NCBI GenBank assembly: GCA_963825135.1
Contig: CAWGRW010000009.1
Coordinates: forward strand, 2,688,001 to 2,752,000
From: an uncultured bacterium
GTDB taxonomy: Bacteria > Desulfobacterota_D > UBA1144 > Nemesobacterales > UBA2774
Direction: 5' to 3'
Length of the DNA: 64,000 nt
A model generated the notes under the pieces. That model ran no database searches. It was not told the DNA's origin and saw nothing but the letters and a program-made list of their open reading frames with translations. Below are positions 20,327 to 31,079 of this stretch, one piece after another (the stretch's first letter is position 1; the number at the start of each line of letters is the position of its first letter). Both the position numbers and the translations under genes were made by a program.

Positions 20327-20441
20327 AAGGAGGTATTTTATCTTTGAAGAGGACTCCGCACAAGACGGCGGAACCCCGGCGTATATAAGGCGTCCGCGTT
20401 TCGCCGGGCAAGAGGGCTATATTTACCGCCCTTCAGGGAAT

Positions 20442-20476
20442 AAAAAAAGGGCGGTACGCATAGAGCGCCCGCCCCG
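20442..20476 (-). terminator. Rho-independent terminator
   Basis: GGGCGG...CCGCCC stem with a T7 run on the minus strand, after the lipoprotein gene. Confidence 0.55.
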
Positions 20477-20526
20477 GTTATTCGTTAATTGACGTTAACC
20501 TCGGTCAACGAGTGTCGTTTCTATGC

Positions 20527-20820
20527 CTACTGCGCCTTCTTTTCCGCGTCGTCGGCGGCGCTGTCGGGCGCTGCGTCCTGGACTGATTCGACGGTCTCAT
20601 CGACCTCTACCTCGTCCACTTCCACTTCGGTTCCGCTCGTATCCTGTACCGTGGTCTCCGCGCTTGGCTCCGCCATGCCTTGATCGGCGGGGGTTTCCAC
20701 CTCATCGACTTCTACCTCTTCCACCTCGGCAGGCTCCTCGGCCTGTTTGCAGGCGGCCACTCCCAAAACGAGCACGCTCGCGCAAAGAATTATGAAATAC
20801 CTGCTGAAAATCGACTTCAT
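20527..20820 (-). CDS. Small acidic lipoprotein, unknown function
   Basis: AAAGGAGG RBS; MKSIFSRYFIILCASVLVLGVAA-C lipobox; EVEVDEVE repeats. Confidence 0.75.
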   Translation of the reverse strand: MKSIFSRYFIILCASVLVLGVAACKQAEEPAEVEEVEVDEVETPADQGMAEPSAETTVQDTSGTEVEVDEVEVDETVESVQDAAPDSAADDAEKKAQ

Positions 20821-21049
20821 ACCCGTACCTCCTTTGTGAAATTGAATTCCTGTCCGGGGGGTGTGCGGCCCCCCGGTAGTGAAACAACATACTATATTTA
20901 TATGCCTAAATCCATATCTTTTCACACCATTCCGTATCGGCCTCAGGGCCGGGATTTTCTCTTGAAAAACAAACGACTTCCGGCGGCGGGTGAGCACCCG
21001 CGGGCATACGATCTCTACATCCCTCCGGCTCAATCAACTGCTCAAGCCC

Positions 21050-21590
21050 AACCCGTTCGTGCTGAGCTAGTCGAAGCACGTTACCGACATTACAGAATTT
21101 GCGGCACACAATGTGTGCTCATATACGATTCTTCCGTAACTCCTCTGCCATCGCCAGGGAACGAGCCCAACCCCTTCACCCTGAGCCTGTCGAAGGGTGA
21201 TTATTTCCCGACATTACAGAATTTGCGTGAAGAAAATCGATTGTACGAGCGTTAAAAATCTTACGTGGGGTGGGGTAGAATTGGAAGATTTAGCGAGTAC
21301 ATGAGATTTTTAGCACAATTCTGTAGTCGGATGATTTTTGCTTCTTTTCATCAAGGAAAAGAAGGATAATAAAACAGCCTCTCACCTTTCTAGTCTTTTC
21401 ATAAAACACACTACATGTGTGTCACGATTGATGATAGAGATCGGGTGTTTATCACCCCCACCTATATCCTCCCCCCTCAAGGGGGAGGAAAGGAATATAG
21501 ATCGCGGCTGGAAGCCGCTCCTGCAAATTTAGGAGTGTCATTTCACAAACCCGTCCGTCCTGAGCTTGTCAAAGGATGAACGGGTTTACC
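21050..21590. repeat. Mosaic of several short palindromic (REP-like) repeat families
   Basis: CTGAGC..GTCGAAG units at ~21051, 21171, 21549; CCCCC..GGGGGAGG unit at ~21455; TCGCGGCTGGAAGCCGCTCCT (GTAG-like) at ~21502. Confidence 0.75.
21208..21330. mobile_element. 123-bp MITE-like element, copy 1 (conserved block extends to ~21420)
   Basis: Imperfect terminal inverted repeats CCGAC(AT)TACAGAATT / AATTCTGTAGTCGG; near-identical copy at 23490-23612. Confidence 0.6.
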
Positions 21591-21682
21591 ACCCTGCCCC
21601 GCCTACCCTCATCAGAGGAACCGGGGACGCAATCCCATTTTAATAGACAGCCGGGAGAAATTATCATATTATTCCCGAATCT

Positions 21683-23397
21683 ATGAAAACGGCACAAGAT
21701 CTCAGGGAAGCGCTCAGGAAAATAGACGGCAGGGGTTACGCCTCGTATAAGGACATCGCGGGGGAATACGGTTTCGACGAGTTCATCCTCTACGTAGACC
21801 GCGTGCAGGGGGACCCGTTCGCCTCCCCTTCCCGCGTGAGGGCCAGGGTCTATCAGGATACGGCCCGGTTTCCGAAGGACGCCTACACGGGCAAGAGCCG
21901 GGAGACCGCGCTCAGGGACTTCATAGCCAGGGCGTTCGGCTTCGCGGCGGAGAGGTTTTCGCTCGGCAGCAGGGGCAGCGGCGGGAGCGGCCTCGTAACG
22001 ATGAGCAGACCGGGCCAGGAGATACTCGAGCGCTCGTCGGTAGTCGTCACGCACCTCTACGCGGAGGCGAGGTTCGGTATGGGGCTTCCCGCGTTCGGCC
22101 GCTCCGTCGCCGGGAAGCACGCGGAGGCGATGTTCTTCGAGGAGCTCCCGAAAATAGTCAGGTTTTCGATGATCTTCGGGAACCTCGACCGGGACGCGCT
22201 CTACCGGCACATAGAGACGGCGGAGGACGCGGACTTCCTCAGGAACGAGATAGAAGGACTCGGCTGCGTCGCTTTCATAGCCGAGGGAAGCGTGCTCCCC
22301 CGCGCAAGCGGCGTGGACCCGGGGCCGATGAGCGCCGGGGAAGCGGTCCCGTTCGAGTCCCCCCCTTCGCTCAGGATGGACGTGGAGCTCCCGAACAGGG
22401 GACAGATCACCGGCATGGGGATACCCAAAGGCGTGACTCTCATAGTCGGGGGCGGGTATCACGGCAAATCGACCCTCCTCGAAGCGGTATCCGAGGGCAT
22501 ATACAACCACGTACCGGGGGACGGGCGCGAGTTCGTGGTCGACGAACCCGAACGCGGTCAGGATAAGGGCCGAGGACGGGCGAAGGATCGAGAAAGTGGA
22601 CATATCCCCCTTCATATCGAACCTGCCCTACGGGAAGGACACGAAGTCGTTCTCGACGGAGGACGCGAGCGGGAGCACGTCTCAGGCGGCCAACATCCTC
22701 GAATCCCTCGAAGCAGGGGCGCACGTGCTGCTCATCGACGAGGACACCTCGGCAACTAACTTCATGATAAGGGACCACCGGATGCAGGAGCTGGTATCGA
22801 AGGACAGGGAGCCTATAACGCCGTTCATAGACATGGTGAGGAGCCTCTACACTGACCAGAGGGTCTCTACGGTGCTCGTGATGGGGGGCTCGGGGGACTA
22901 CTTCGACGTGGCGGACCACGTCATATGCATGACGGATTATAAATCGTCGGACGTCACGAAGGAGGCGCTCGGGATAGCGAAGCGGTTCGCGAGCGAGAGG
23001 AAGAAGGAAGGGGCGGGCCCGATCGGGAGGGTGACGGACAGGATACCCCTTTCGGGGAGCTTCGATCCGGGCAAGGGGAAGAAGGACGTGAAGATCTCGG
23101 CCAAGGGGCTCCGCTCCATACACTACGGGAGGCACAAGATAGACCTCCACGCCGTCGAGCAGCTCACGGACGTATGCCAGACGGCGGCCATAGGGGACGC
23201 GATAGAATACGCGCGGCGTTACATGGACGGGAAGAGGACGCTCCGGGAGGTCTCGTCGCTCGTGATGATGGACATAGCGAGGGACGGCCTCGACGTGATA
23301 AGCCCCCGCGATTTCCGGGAACTACGCGGAGTTCAGGAAGATAGAGCTCCTGGCCGCGATAAACCGGCTGAGAACGCTGGAAGTCACGCAGAAGTAA
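21683..23397 (+). CDS. ABC-ATPase domain-containing protein of unknown function (indels near 22540 and 23310)
   Basis: VQGDPFASPS, GGGYHGKSTLL, DASGSTSQAAN, LLIDEDTSATNFMIRD; corrected C-terminus AAINRLRTL. Confidence 0.88.
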
Positions 23398-23489
23398 CCG
23401 CTCTTCTGTCATTCCCGAATTCCTTAATCGGGAATCTCGTCTTTTAAACCCGTTCGTGCTGAGCTTGTCGAAGCACGCATTTTTTCTTC

Positions 23490-23612
23490 CCGACATTACA
23501 GAATTTGCGTTAAGAAAATCGATTGTACGAGCGTTAAGAATCTTACGTGGGCCGGGGTAGAATTGGAAGATTTAGCGAGTACATGAGATTTTTAGCCAAA
23601 TTCTGTAGTCGG
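23490..23612. mobile_element. 123-bp MITE-like element, copy 2 (conserved block extends to ~23706)
   Basis: Direct repeat of 21208-21420, preceded by the same CCGTTCGTGCTGAGC..GTCGAAGCACG palindrome. Confidence 0.6.
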
Positions 23613-23831
23613 ATGATTTTTGCTTCTTTTCATCAAGGACAAAGAAGGATAAAAGAACAGTCTTTGCACCTTTCTTTGTCTTTTCATAAAACCACACTAC
23701 GTGTGTTCATCAAGGAAAAGAAGAAATAACATTTGCCTTTCTATATCATTCCAAGCTGCGAAGCAGACGTGGCGATCTGTCTTTTTTCTTGAGATTACCC
23801 GCTGACAATCATATGTTGCGTATACCTGTTT

Positions 23832-24773
23832 CTACCCGCCGTACGCGGCGACTGTGATCTTCATCACGTCGACGTTCGACTGTTTGCCCGGCGGCGTTCG
23901 GGACGATGATCAGGGAGACGAGACCCCGGCCTTTCTGTAGGCCTCGAGCCTCTCCCTGCACCTCTCGGCGGGCCCTACCAGCGCGACCGCGTCTAACATC
24001 TCGTCCGAGAACACCTCGGCCGGGTCCGCGCCGCCCTTTATCCTGTCGATCACGTCGCCGAAGCCGTTATTCGTCATGAGCCTCTGATAGAACGGGAACC
24101 GTAGATATCCCGAGAGTCCGCGCTTGCCCGCTTTTCTGGCGAGCTCGAGGTCGTCCGATACGACGGACGGTATGCCGAGCGTGATGTCTATTTCCGACGG
24201 GTCTCTGCCCGCCGCCTTCGCTCCCTCGGCCACCCAGCCCGCGAGCTTCTTTATGTATTCCGGCGTGGACATGTAGGGCATTATGCCGTCCGCGACCTCG
24301 CCCGCGAGCCCGGCCGCCCCCTTCGCGAGCCCGGCGATATACACGGGCACCTTGGGAAGCTCGCGCTTGAGCGTGAGCTGGGGCGCCGTCCCGTCCATGA
24401 ACGATTTCACAGCCTTCACGTATCCCCTCATCTTCTCTACCGGGTCCCCCATTACTATCTCGTACCTGTCGTTCACGGGCTTGTGGCTTACGCCGAGACC
24501 CAGCACCATCCGTCCGCCCGATACTTCCTGGATCGTCATCGCAGTCGCGGCGACCATGACCGGCTGGCGCATGTAGATGTTCGTTATCCACGTTCCGACC
24601 TTGATCCCGGTCGTCGCCTCGGCGAACACCTGCGCGTTCGCGAGCCCGTTATAGGGCGGCACCTCGGGCGAGAATATGGCTTCGAAGCCTCCTGATTCCG
24701 CTTCCAGTGCGAGCGCGCGGAGGTCCGATACGCTGCATCCCCATACGGGGGAAATCGTGGCTATCCTGGGCAT
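23832..24773 (-). CDS. LLM-class flavin-dependent oxidoreductase (indels at 3' end)
   Basis: AE..GF, ATTGIKVGT, SGGRMVLGLG, PVYIAG, AGEVADG. Confidence 0.85.
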
Positions 24774-24810
24774 AGTATTTCTCCTTTAAAGTGTATCCAG
24801 TCTTTTATTA

Positions 24811-25708
24811 TCAATACTGGTTTATGACTTCCCTGTAAAAATCGGGCCTGAGAAGGGACTCGTCCCCGCTCGCGATGCACCGTCCTTATCTTGCTTAGCA
24901 CCTCTTCCTTGTCCCCGGGGAACCTGGCCTTCACGGGCAGGTAGTTCGAGATGTGGTTCGAGAAGAAGTACCCGTCCGTAAGCTCGGTGTTCTCGACGAG
25001 TATTTCGAGCTCCTTTATCATCCGGAACTTGTCCGGAAGCTCGAACTCCCCCCTCTCCCACTCCTCGTACACGGGCGCTCCGGGCCTCAGCTGAAGCGAC
25101 AGCGCCCCCACGTACTCCGGGTCGCACGCGGTAAGAAGTTTTCCGGTCGCCTCCGCGTGCTCCGCGCTCCTCTCCACTCCGCCCATGCCGAGGAGCACCA
25201 TCGCTGAGTTCATTACCCCCGCTTCCTTTAGCATGTGTGATGCCTTCACGGTCTCGGCGAAGTTGGCCCCCTTCTTAATTCTTTCAAGGACAACGTCGTC
25301 CCCGCTCTCGAATCCGATATACACCATGTCGAGTCCGAGGGCCCTCAGCTCTTTCAGGTTCTCGACCCCTTTCCTGAGAATATCGCCGACATTGGCGTAC
25401 ATCCTTATGCGTTCCAATCCGGGAGCTTTTTCCCTGAGGTATCCCATAATATCGATGAGCTTCTTCTGCGCGAGCACGAGCGCGTTGCCGTCGGCTATGA
25501 ACACGCGGTCGTCAATGAGGCCGGATTCGGCAGCCTCGTCTATTATCCGCTTTACTTCTTCCATGGGGCGGGCGCGGAACTTCTGCTCCTCCCCCCTGTA
25601 CATGGCGCAGTAGGTGCACTGGTTGTGAGAGCACCCTATCGTCGCCTGGAGTATGAAGCTATTGCCCTCGCTGGGCGGCCTGAAGTATGGCGTTACGTAT
25701 TCTATCAT
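24811..25708 (-). CDS. Radical SAM protein (indel near 24878)
   Basis: CSHNQCTYC (CxxxCxxC), RPPSE, ADGNAL, YIGFESGDD, SNHISNY. Confidence 0.9.
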
Positions 25709-25760
25709 ACTATTAGTATTAACTATTTTTTAGAACTTTGCAAACCCGGCCCGCACAATC
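25622..25760. repeat. Left direct repeat of AT-rich island (5' end and upstream region of radical SAM gene)
   Basis: 25622-25685 aligns to 29793-29856 with 6 mismatches in 64 nt; weaker similarity continues. Confidence 0.85.
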
Positions 25761-25839
25761 AATACGGTATTAAGCGGATTATTCGGCAATACTCAGCATG
25801 TAAAATCATCTTACTTCATGGCTTAAATATAGTCTTATT

Positions 25840-27044
25840 CTACGTTCTTTTAAAAACGCAGCTCAACTTGCGCCCCACATATCTTAGTATTACTTTAAAG
25901 TAATTGTATGCATCCATTATAGAAGGTATCGGGTCCCGTATCGATAGGACGGCAAAGGTATTTACACCTCTGATTGAATTGAGCCACTCTTTGAGTGTTA
26001 ATTCGCCTCTATTATAATATGCTCTCGATGCCAGAAGGTCTCTCCCGAAAGAAATCCATTTGACGCCGGTATGCTTTGGTGCTGTATAGGGCGGCAAGTG
26101 CATATCCAGAGCATCACAATACATCGTATATAATATCGGTACTCCGCTGGCTTCAACTTGACCTATGCTCGTATTCGGCCGTCCGACATCCGGTTCTATT
26201 ATAAAATGTTTGCCGCTCTTTTCATCGATTTTTATTTCGAGAGATATGATTCCTTTGTATTGAATACCACTATATATATCAATTGATTCTCTCGGGACCG
26301 GATCATTAAGACAATTTTCTACTAAACTTGCTTCCCCCAATTCTATAGGCCATTGCCGCAGCTTGCGCGATGTATAATTGATTATCCGCTCATGGTTCTT
26401 ATCAAAATAGTAATAGTATTGGTATATATTAGAATCTTTCCCGTCGATCCATTCCTGGATGATGAAGGTGTCAGCCGCCCTTAAGCAATTATCGTATACG
26501 GCATACAGTTCTTCCGGGCTTCGTATTTTTAATACCCTTTTGTCGAAGTATTCGGACCAAGTTTGTGTCGGCCTGGGCGGTTTTACTATGCATGGGTATG
26601 TCACTCTGTTCGCTATCTCTTTTATGTCCGATTTATTACTGATAAGCAAGTGGGGGGTATTGAGAAACCGCCACGCGTCAGGTACTGGTAGAGCTTAACC
26701 TTGTCTATAAGCAAATCAATAACTTCGTGGTCGGCGATTACAAATCCATACCAGTCCTTAAGCGCTTCTCTAAATCCGGATACGGCGAGAACGCTATCGT
26801 CACTGCACGGAAAAAGCGCGGACTTTCCTCCTAATTCTTTACCCAGTTTCAGTAATGTATTTATCAGTTCTTCATTTGATGTGTTAGCAGTTAGAACTTT
26901 TTTACATGAATTAGTCCTGCAGCAAAAATTATCGGGGTTATCCGCAATACCAATTACCGGTATTCCGTATCGAGCCAATATCCTGGATGTTTGCAAACCT
27001 GTGACCGAGTCAAGTTTGATAATTACGGCATGCGGTCTCTGCAT
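25840..27044 (-). CDS. ATP-grasp carboxylate-amine ligase, D-aspartate-ligase-like (indel near 26650)
   Basis: LFPCSD, DK..LY, YPCIVKP, IIQEWIDG, RKLRQWP, EIKID. Confidence 0.75.
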
Positions 27045-27130
27045 TATTTCTTGGCGTCCCCATATAATTGTAGTGCCGGCGGAGGAAACAAAGGTCTTCG
27101 CGCGTTATGAAATATTCCGGATTTTTATAA

Positions 27131-28283
27131 TCAAAAATCATGTAAATAAATCATCTTATAATCCCAGCTGGTTGAATCGAGTAAATTCAGGCCTTGAAAT
27201 TCAAGCTTATTATTATCTTTACCCAAGAGCCGGATCAAAATAGTTCGATGGGGGTTTTTTACGCTTTTTGCGGAGCTGTCTTCTTTAAATCCCTTCGATA
27301 CTAAAAAATCATAGCTGTCCCGGTCCAGCATATCCGCCCAGGTTGAAATTGATCCGTAATCTATGAGCGACATCAGGGTATTTAAGAGCTCGATTTTTAT
27401 TGAGGAGTCGGCCGCCTCTAATTCAAATAAATTATGCGCGCCTCCGGATTCCATACTGTATATATGGCTCTGTAAGGTAAGATAGCCTTTTAAGCAATCA
27501 TCATACCAGTACAGGAAAAGGTATTTTGAAAGCGGGTTGTTGTATCTCCAGCGAAAAAACTGCTCATCCCTTACCTGTGTAATTTTGTTTTCGGGGAGTG
27601 TGCTGTCAACGAGGAGGGCCATTTCCGCCGGTTTGGGTTTATCGTCTATCGTTATGCGGGGAGGAAGCTGAGTCCCCGGATTATGACAGATCATATCGAT
27701 TCTTTGTGAATTGTTCCTTTCGCTCCTTTTCAAGAACATGCCGATCCCGGCCTTTCTCAATAATCTTTCTGGCGTACGGACCTGCCAATTTCTTAGCTAG
27801 TGTCATTGCCCTTGATTCAATTGTTCGGAATTGCTTTTTCATAATCTTAATTTGTCCAACGCTCTTCCAACCCCTGGATAATGAAATCATAGCGTTTAAG
27901 GGGGTCGCATTGAAGCTAAAAAAGTGTTGAGCTCCCATCCTCTCCAAATCTTCCAAGACGAAGTTAGCCAGCTCTTTGTATATACCCCTGTTTCTGTATC
28001 CCTCCAGTATCAGGAGGTCCGCAGAACATAACGCGCTAAAATGAGCCGGCGCGTCTTTTATCCGCCAAGTACTTTCATACACGCCCGCCATTGCCACAAT
28101 CTTATCTCCCGCACGAACAAAATATATTATGGGTTGTTTAGAATGGGGCCGGTCTATGTAGTTCCATTTTACATAGGACCTGAATACATCAAAATCCAGA
28201 CCCCAGTTGATCGTCTTGAGCCTGGCGATTTGATCAATTTGGTTTTCAAAATCATCGGAATATCTTAAAATTTCATGTTTCAT
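27131..28283 (-). CDS. GNAT family N-acyltransferase (indel near 27760)
   Basis: W.Y..RP, ADL.I...YRNRGIY acetyl-CoA-binding motif; second half RD..FF.WRY.NP. Confidence 0.7.
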
Positions 28284-28319
28284 TTGGGCGCAGCCGGGTC
28301 AGGGCATAGAACACTGAAT

Positions 28320-28580
28320 TTATGTTCCGTAACTCTTTACGAAATTTAATATGCTGTCTACGGTGTCCCATTCCTTCATGAAGTCGATGGTCGTCAGGTC
28401 TAGTGGAGCCCGGACTTCCTCCTCAATCAGCAGCGCCAGCTCCAGCAAATGGAGGGATTCCAAGAGTCCGGAAGTTAAGAGCGGCGTGCTGTCGTCGAAT
28501 TCTTCGGGAAGAGACTTTCCGGAGTCCTTAATTTTAGCATCGATAAAATCGGCGAGTATTGTTTTAAAATGTCCTGACAT
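28320..28580 (-). CDS. Acyl/aminoacyl carrier protein
   Basis: 86 aa, acidic; DDSTPLLTSGLLES(L) with the phosphopantetheine-site Ser; DTVDSILNFV. Confidence 0.75.
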   Translation of the reverse strand: MSGHFKTILADFIDAKIKDSGKSLPEEFDDSTPLLTSGLLESLHLLELALLIEEEVRAPLDLTTIDFMKEWDTVDSILNFVKSYGT

Positions 28581-28590
28581 TTGAAAGTCC

Positions 28591-29599
28591 TTAAACCGAA
28601 GTGTCGAGCTCCTTCCAGCTCACGGGTTTTGCCATTGCAACCACGACCTTTCTCCGGCCCGAAAACGGCTTCCTACCGTGAGCGACGAGCATATTGTCCA
28701 ACACCAGAAGATCGCCCGGCTCCCATCTGAAAGCAACTGTCGCTGAATCATATGCTTTCCTCAGTTCGTCAATCACGTCCTTGCCGATTCTCGTACCGTC
28801 GCCATAGTAGGTATTGTTCGGAAGGTCTTTCTCTTTGAAGAATTTAAGAAGCATCTGCTGCAGTTTCGGCTCTATTGCATATACGTTAAGCACGGCAGCA
28901 TGGTTGAGCCACAGCATTTCTCCGGTAACGGGGTGCTTCGCGACCGCGGGCCTAAGCTGTTTCGTTCTTACTTTTTTCTCGTCCATCCATTCAAAATCCG
29001 TCTCCGATTCTTTACAGAACCTTTCCATCTCGGCTCTGTCCTGTGTTTGGTAAACTTCCTGCCACGTAAAGCCGAAAGGTCCGCCGGCCAGATTTCTGAC
29101 ATATAAAACACCTTTCTCCTCGAACGGTTTTCTTATCGAGGGGTCTATCCGTTCGTAGACCTTCCTTACGTCCGCTATCGGCGTTTCCCCCCCATTTTCA
29201 GCGGCCTCAATACAGTAAAAGAAAATCCTCATCGGGAATTTTGCGGCGAATGAGCTTTCGTTATGAAGAATTATCTCCAGCTCCGGCGGGTAATTGGTAG
29301 CCGTGTATACATTGCCTTTGACCTGAGTCCTGTGAGTGGCCCTGTCGTTATAATCAATCAGGCCTCCGTAGCAGTCCCTGACCGCCGATTCAAAGTCCCC
29401 GATGCCGTCGATGCGAAACCCCCTGAACAATATCCCCCCGTGTTTTAATAAATTCGCTTCTATTTCGTTTTGATTTAATTTGAGAAAATCGTTTAAAGCC
29501 AGTCCTCCCGCGCTTCGGGGTAACGACAAGCGCCAGTTTTTTATCGTCGTCAAAAAAACCTGTATTTACTTCGATGTTTTCATTAATTCCGATTGTCAT
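28591..29599 (-). CDS. TauD/TfdA family Fe(II)/2-oxoglutarate dioxygenase, SyrP-like (indel near 29510)
   Basis: HGGILFRGF, LHNESSF (H-x-E), GGETPIAD, HPVTGE, DNMLVAHGR. Confidence 0.88.
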
Positions 29600-29792
29600 A
29601 CCTACCCTTGTTTTCCAATCGAAGGAAGGAATAGTCAGTAAGCACGAATCATTATGCTTCTTTCATAAAATTAGTGAGCAATAACGCTTATTATTTGAAT
29701 TTTACTGCTTTGTCGGTATTTATCAACTTTCGAGCCCCATAAACAGGTCCGGCTCAAAAGACAGGCAGTTACAGCATGTTAAGGAGTTACTC

Positions 29793-29920
29793 GTTGTGGG
29801 AGCACCCTATCGTCGCCTTGAGAATGAAGCCATTCCCCTCGCAGGGCGGCCTGAAGCATTGGCATTAAGTATTTATATGAATATTGCGACTCCCGGGCAG
29901 ATTGCCAAACCCCGGACTGC
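29793..29920 (-). pseudogene. Decayed copy of radical SAM gene 5' end (right direct repeat of island)
   Basis: Translates FRPPCEGNGFILKATIGCSHNE* versus FRPPSEGNSFILQATIGCSHNQ in the intact gene; no intact start. Confidence 0.85.
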
Positions 29921-30014
29921 AGGCGATGAACCGCTCAAAGTATGCTATAGTCCATGAAGATTATTGTTTGTGAGCGGTAGCATGGTACTCATCAGGCCGA
30001 TATAGGATACCGCA

Positions 30015-30875
30015 ATGCCGATCGATAAGCTCATCAATGTTCTAATCACGATAACTCTCTTCGAGATGATGGTGGCCATCGGCCTGAGCGTGAGCATTAA
30101 AGAGCTAATCGGCGTCGCCGGGAACCTCCGCCTCGTGACGCGGGCCGCGCTGGCGAATTATGTTTTCGTCCCCATAGCCGTTCTGGCTTTATTGTCTTTA
30201 TTTCATCCCGATCCCCTGGTTGCCGCGGGGTTTCTCATCGTCGCCGTATGTCCGGGGGCACCCTACGGGCCGCCCTTCACAGCTATCGCCAAGGGCAATG
30301 TATCGGCGGCGGTCGGCCTGATGGTAATTCTCGCCGGATCGTCCGCAGTCCTCGCCCCGGCACTCCTTTATTTCCTCCTGCCCCTCATGGGGGGAGGCGG
30401 AACGCTGAGCGTGGATGCGGGCAGGATCCTGATCACGCTTCTCATGACCCAGCTCCTGCCTTTATGTATCGGGCTCTTCATTCGACACCGTCGTCCTGAC
30501 ACCGCCGCAAGGCTCCGGAAACCGTTTACCCAGCTAAGCAAGGTCCTCAATCTTCTTGTGCTCGGCTTTATCCTTGTAGTCCAGTTCCATGTGCTCTCTG
30601 CAGTCAGACCGAGAGGTTACGCCGGGATGATCGCGCTCCTGGTCCTTTCACTTGCGGCAGGGTGGCTTCTGGGCGGACGCGAGAGCGCCAATAGGAAAGC
30701 TATGGCGCTTGCTACATCAGTTCGGAACGTCAGCGTGAGCCTCGTGATTGCGACCGGGAGCTTCCCCGGCACGCCGGCTGTCACGGCGGTGCTGGTATAT
30801 GGCATCTTCCAGACTTTAGCATCGGCCCTGATTGCACTCGGATGGGGCCGACTGAGCAAGGAGCCGCATCCGTAG
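30015..30875 (+). CDS. Bile acid:sodium symporter family transporter
   Basis: AIGLS, ANYVFVP, CPGAP, AKGNV, TSVRNVS; multiple TM segments. Confidence 0.85.
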   Translation: MPIDKLINVLITITLFEMMVAIGLSVSIKELIGVAGNLRLVTRAALANYVFVPIAVLALLSLFHPDPLVAAGFLIVAVCPGAPYGPPFTAIAKGNVSAAVGLMVILAGSSAVLAPALLYFLLPLMGGGGTLSVDAGRILITLLMTQLLPLCIGLFIRHRRPDTAARLRKPFTQLSKVLNLLVLGFILVVQFHVLSAVRPRGYAGMIALLVLSLAAGWLLGGRESANRKAMALATSVRNVSVSLVIATGSFPGTPAVTAVLVYGIFQTLASALIALGWGRLSKEPHP

Positions 30876-31079
30876 CGGGAATTATAACCCTATGACGGCA
30901 AAGATTCCGGCAGTTCGGCTCGTTCAAACCGTTAAACAGAAAGTTGCCCATTGTGTTGACTCATGCATATCAATTATAATAATTCCTAATAAGCGCTGAT
31001 AGCTATTCAATCATTCTCCGATTGATGCGGGTTGTGTATTAATCTTGAATAGGCCGGGGAAAAAGGAGCATGCATTCAG

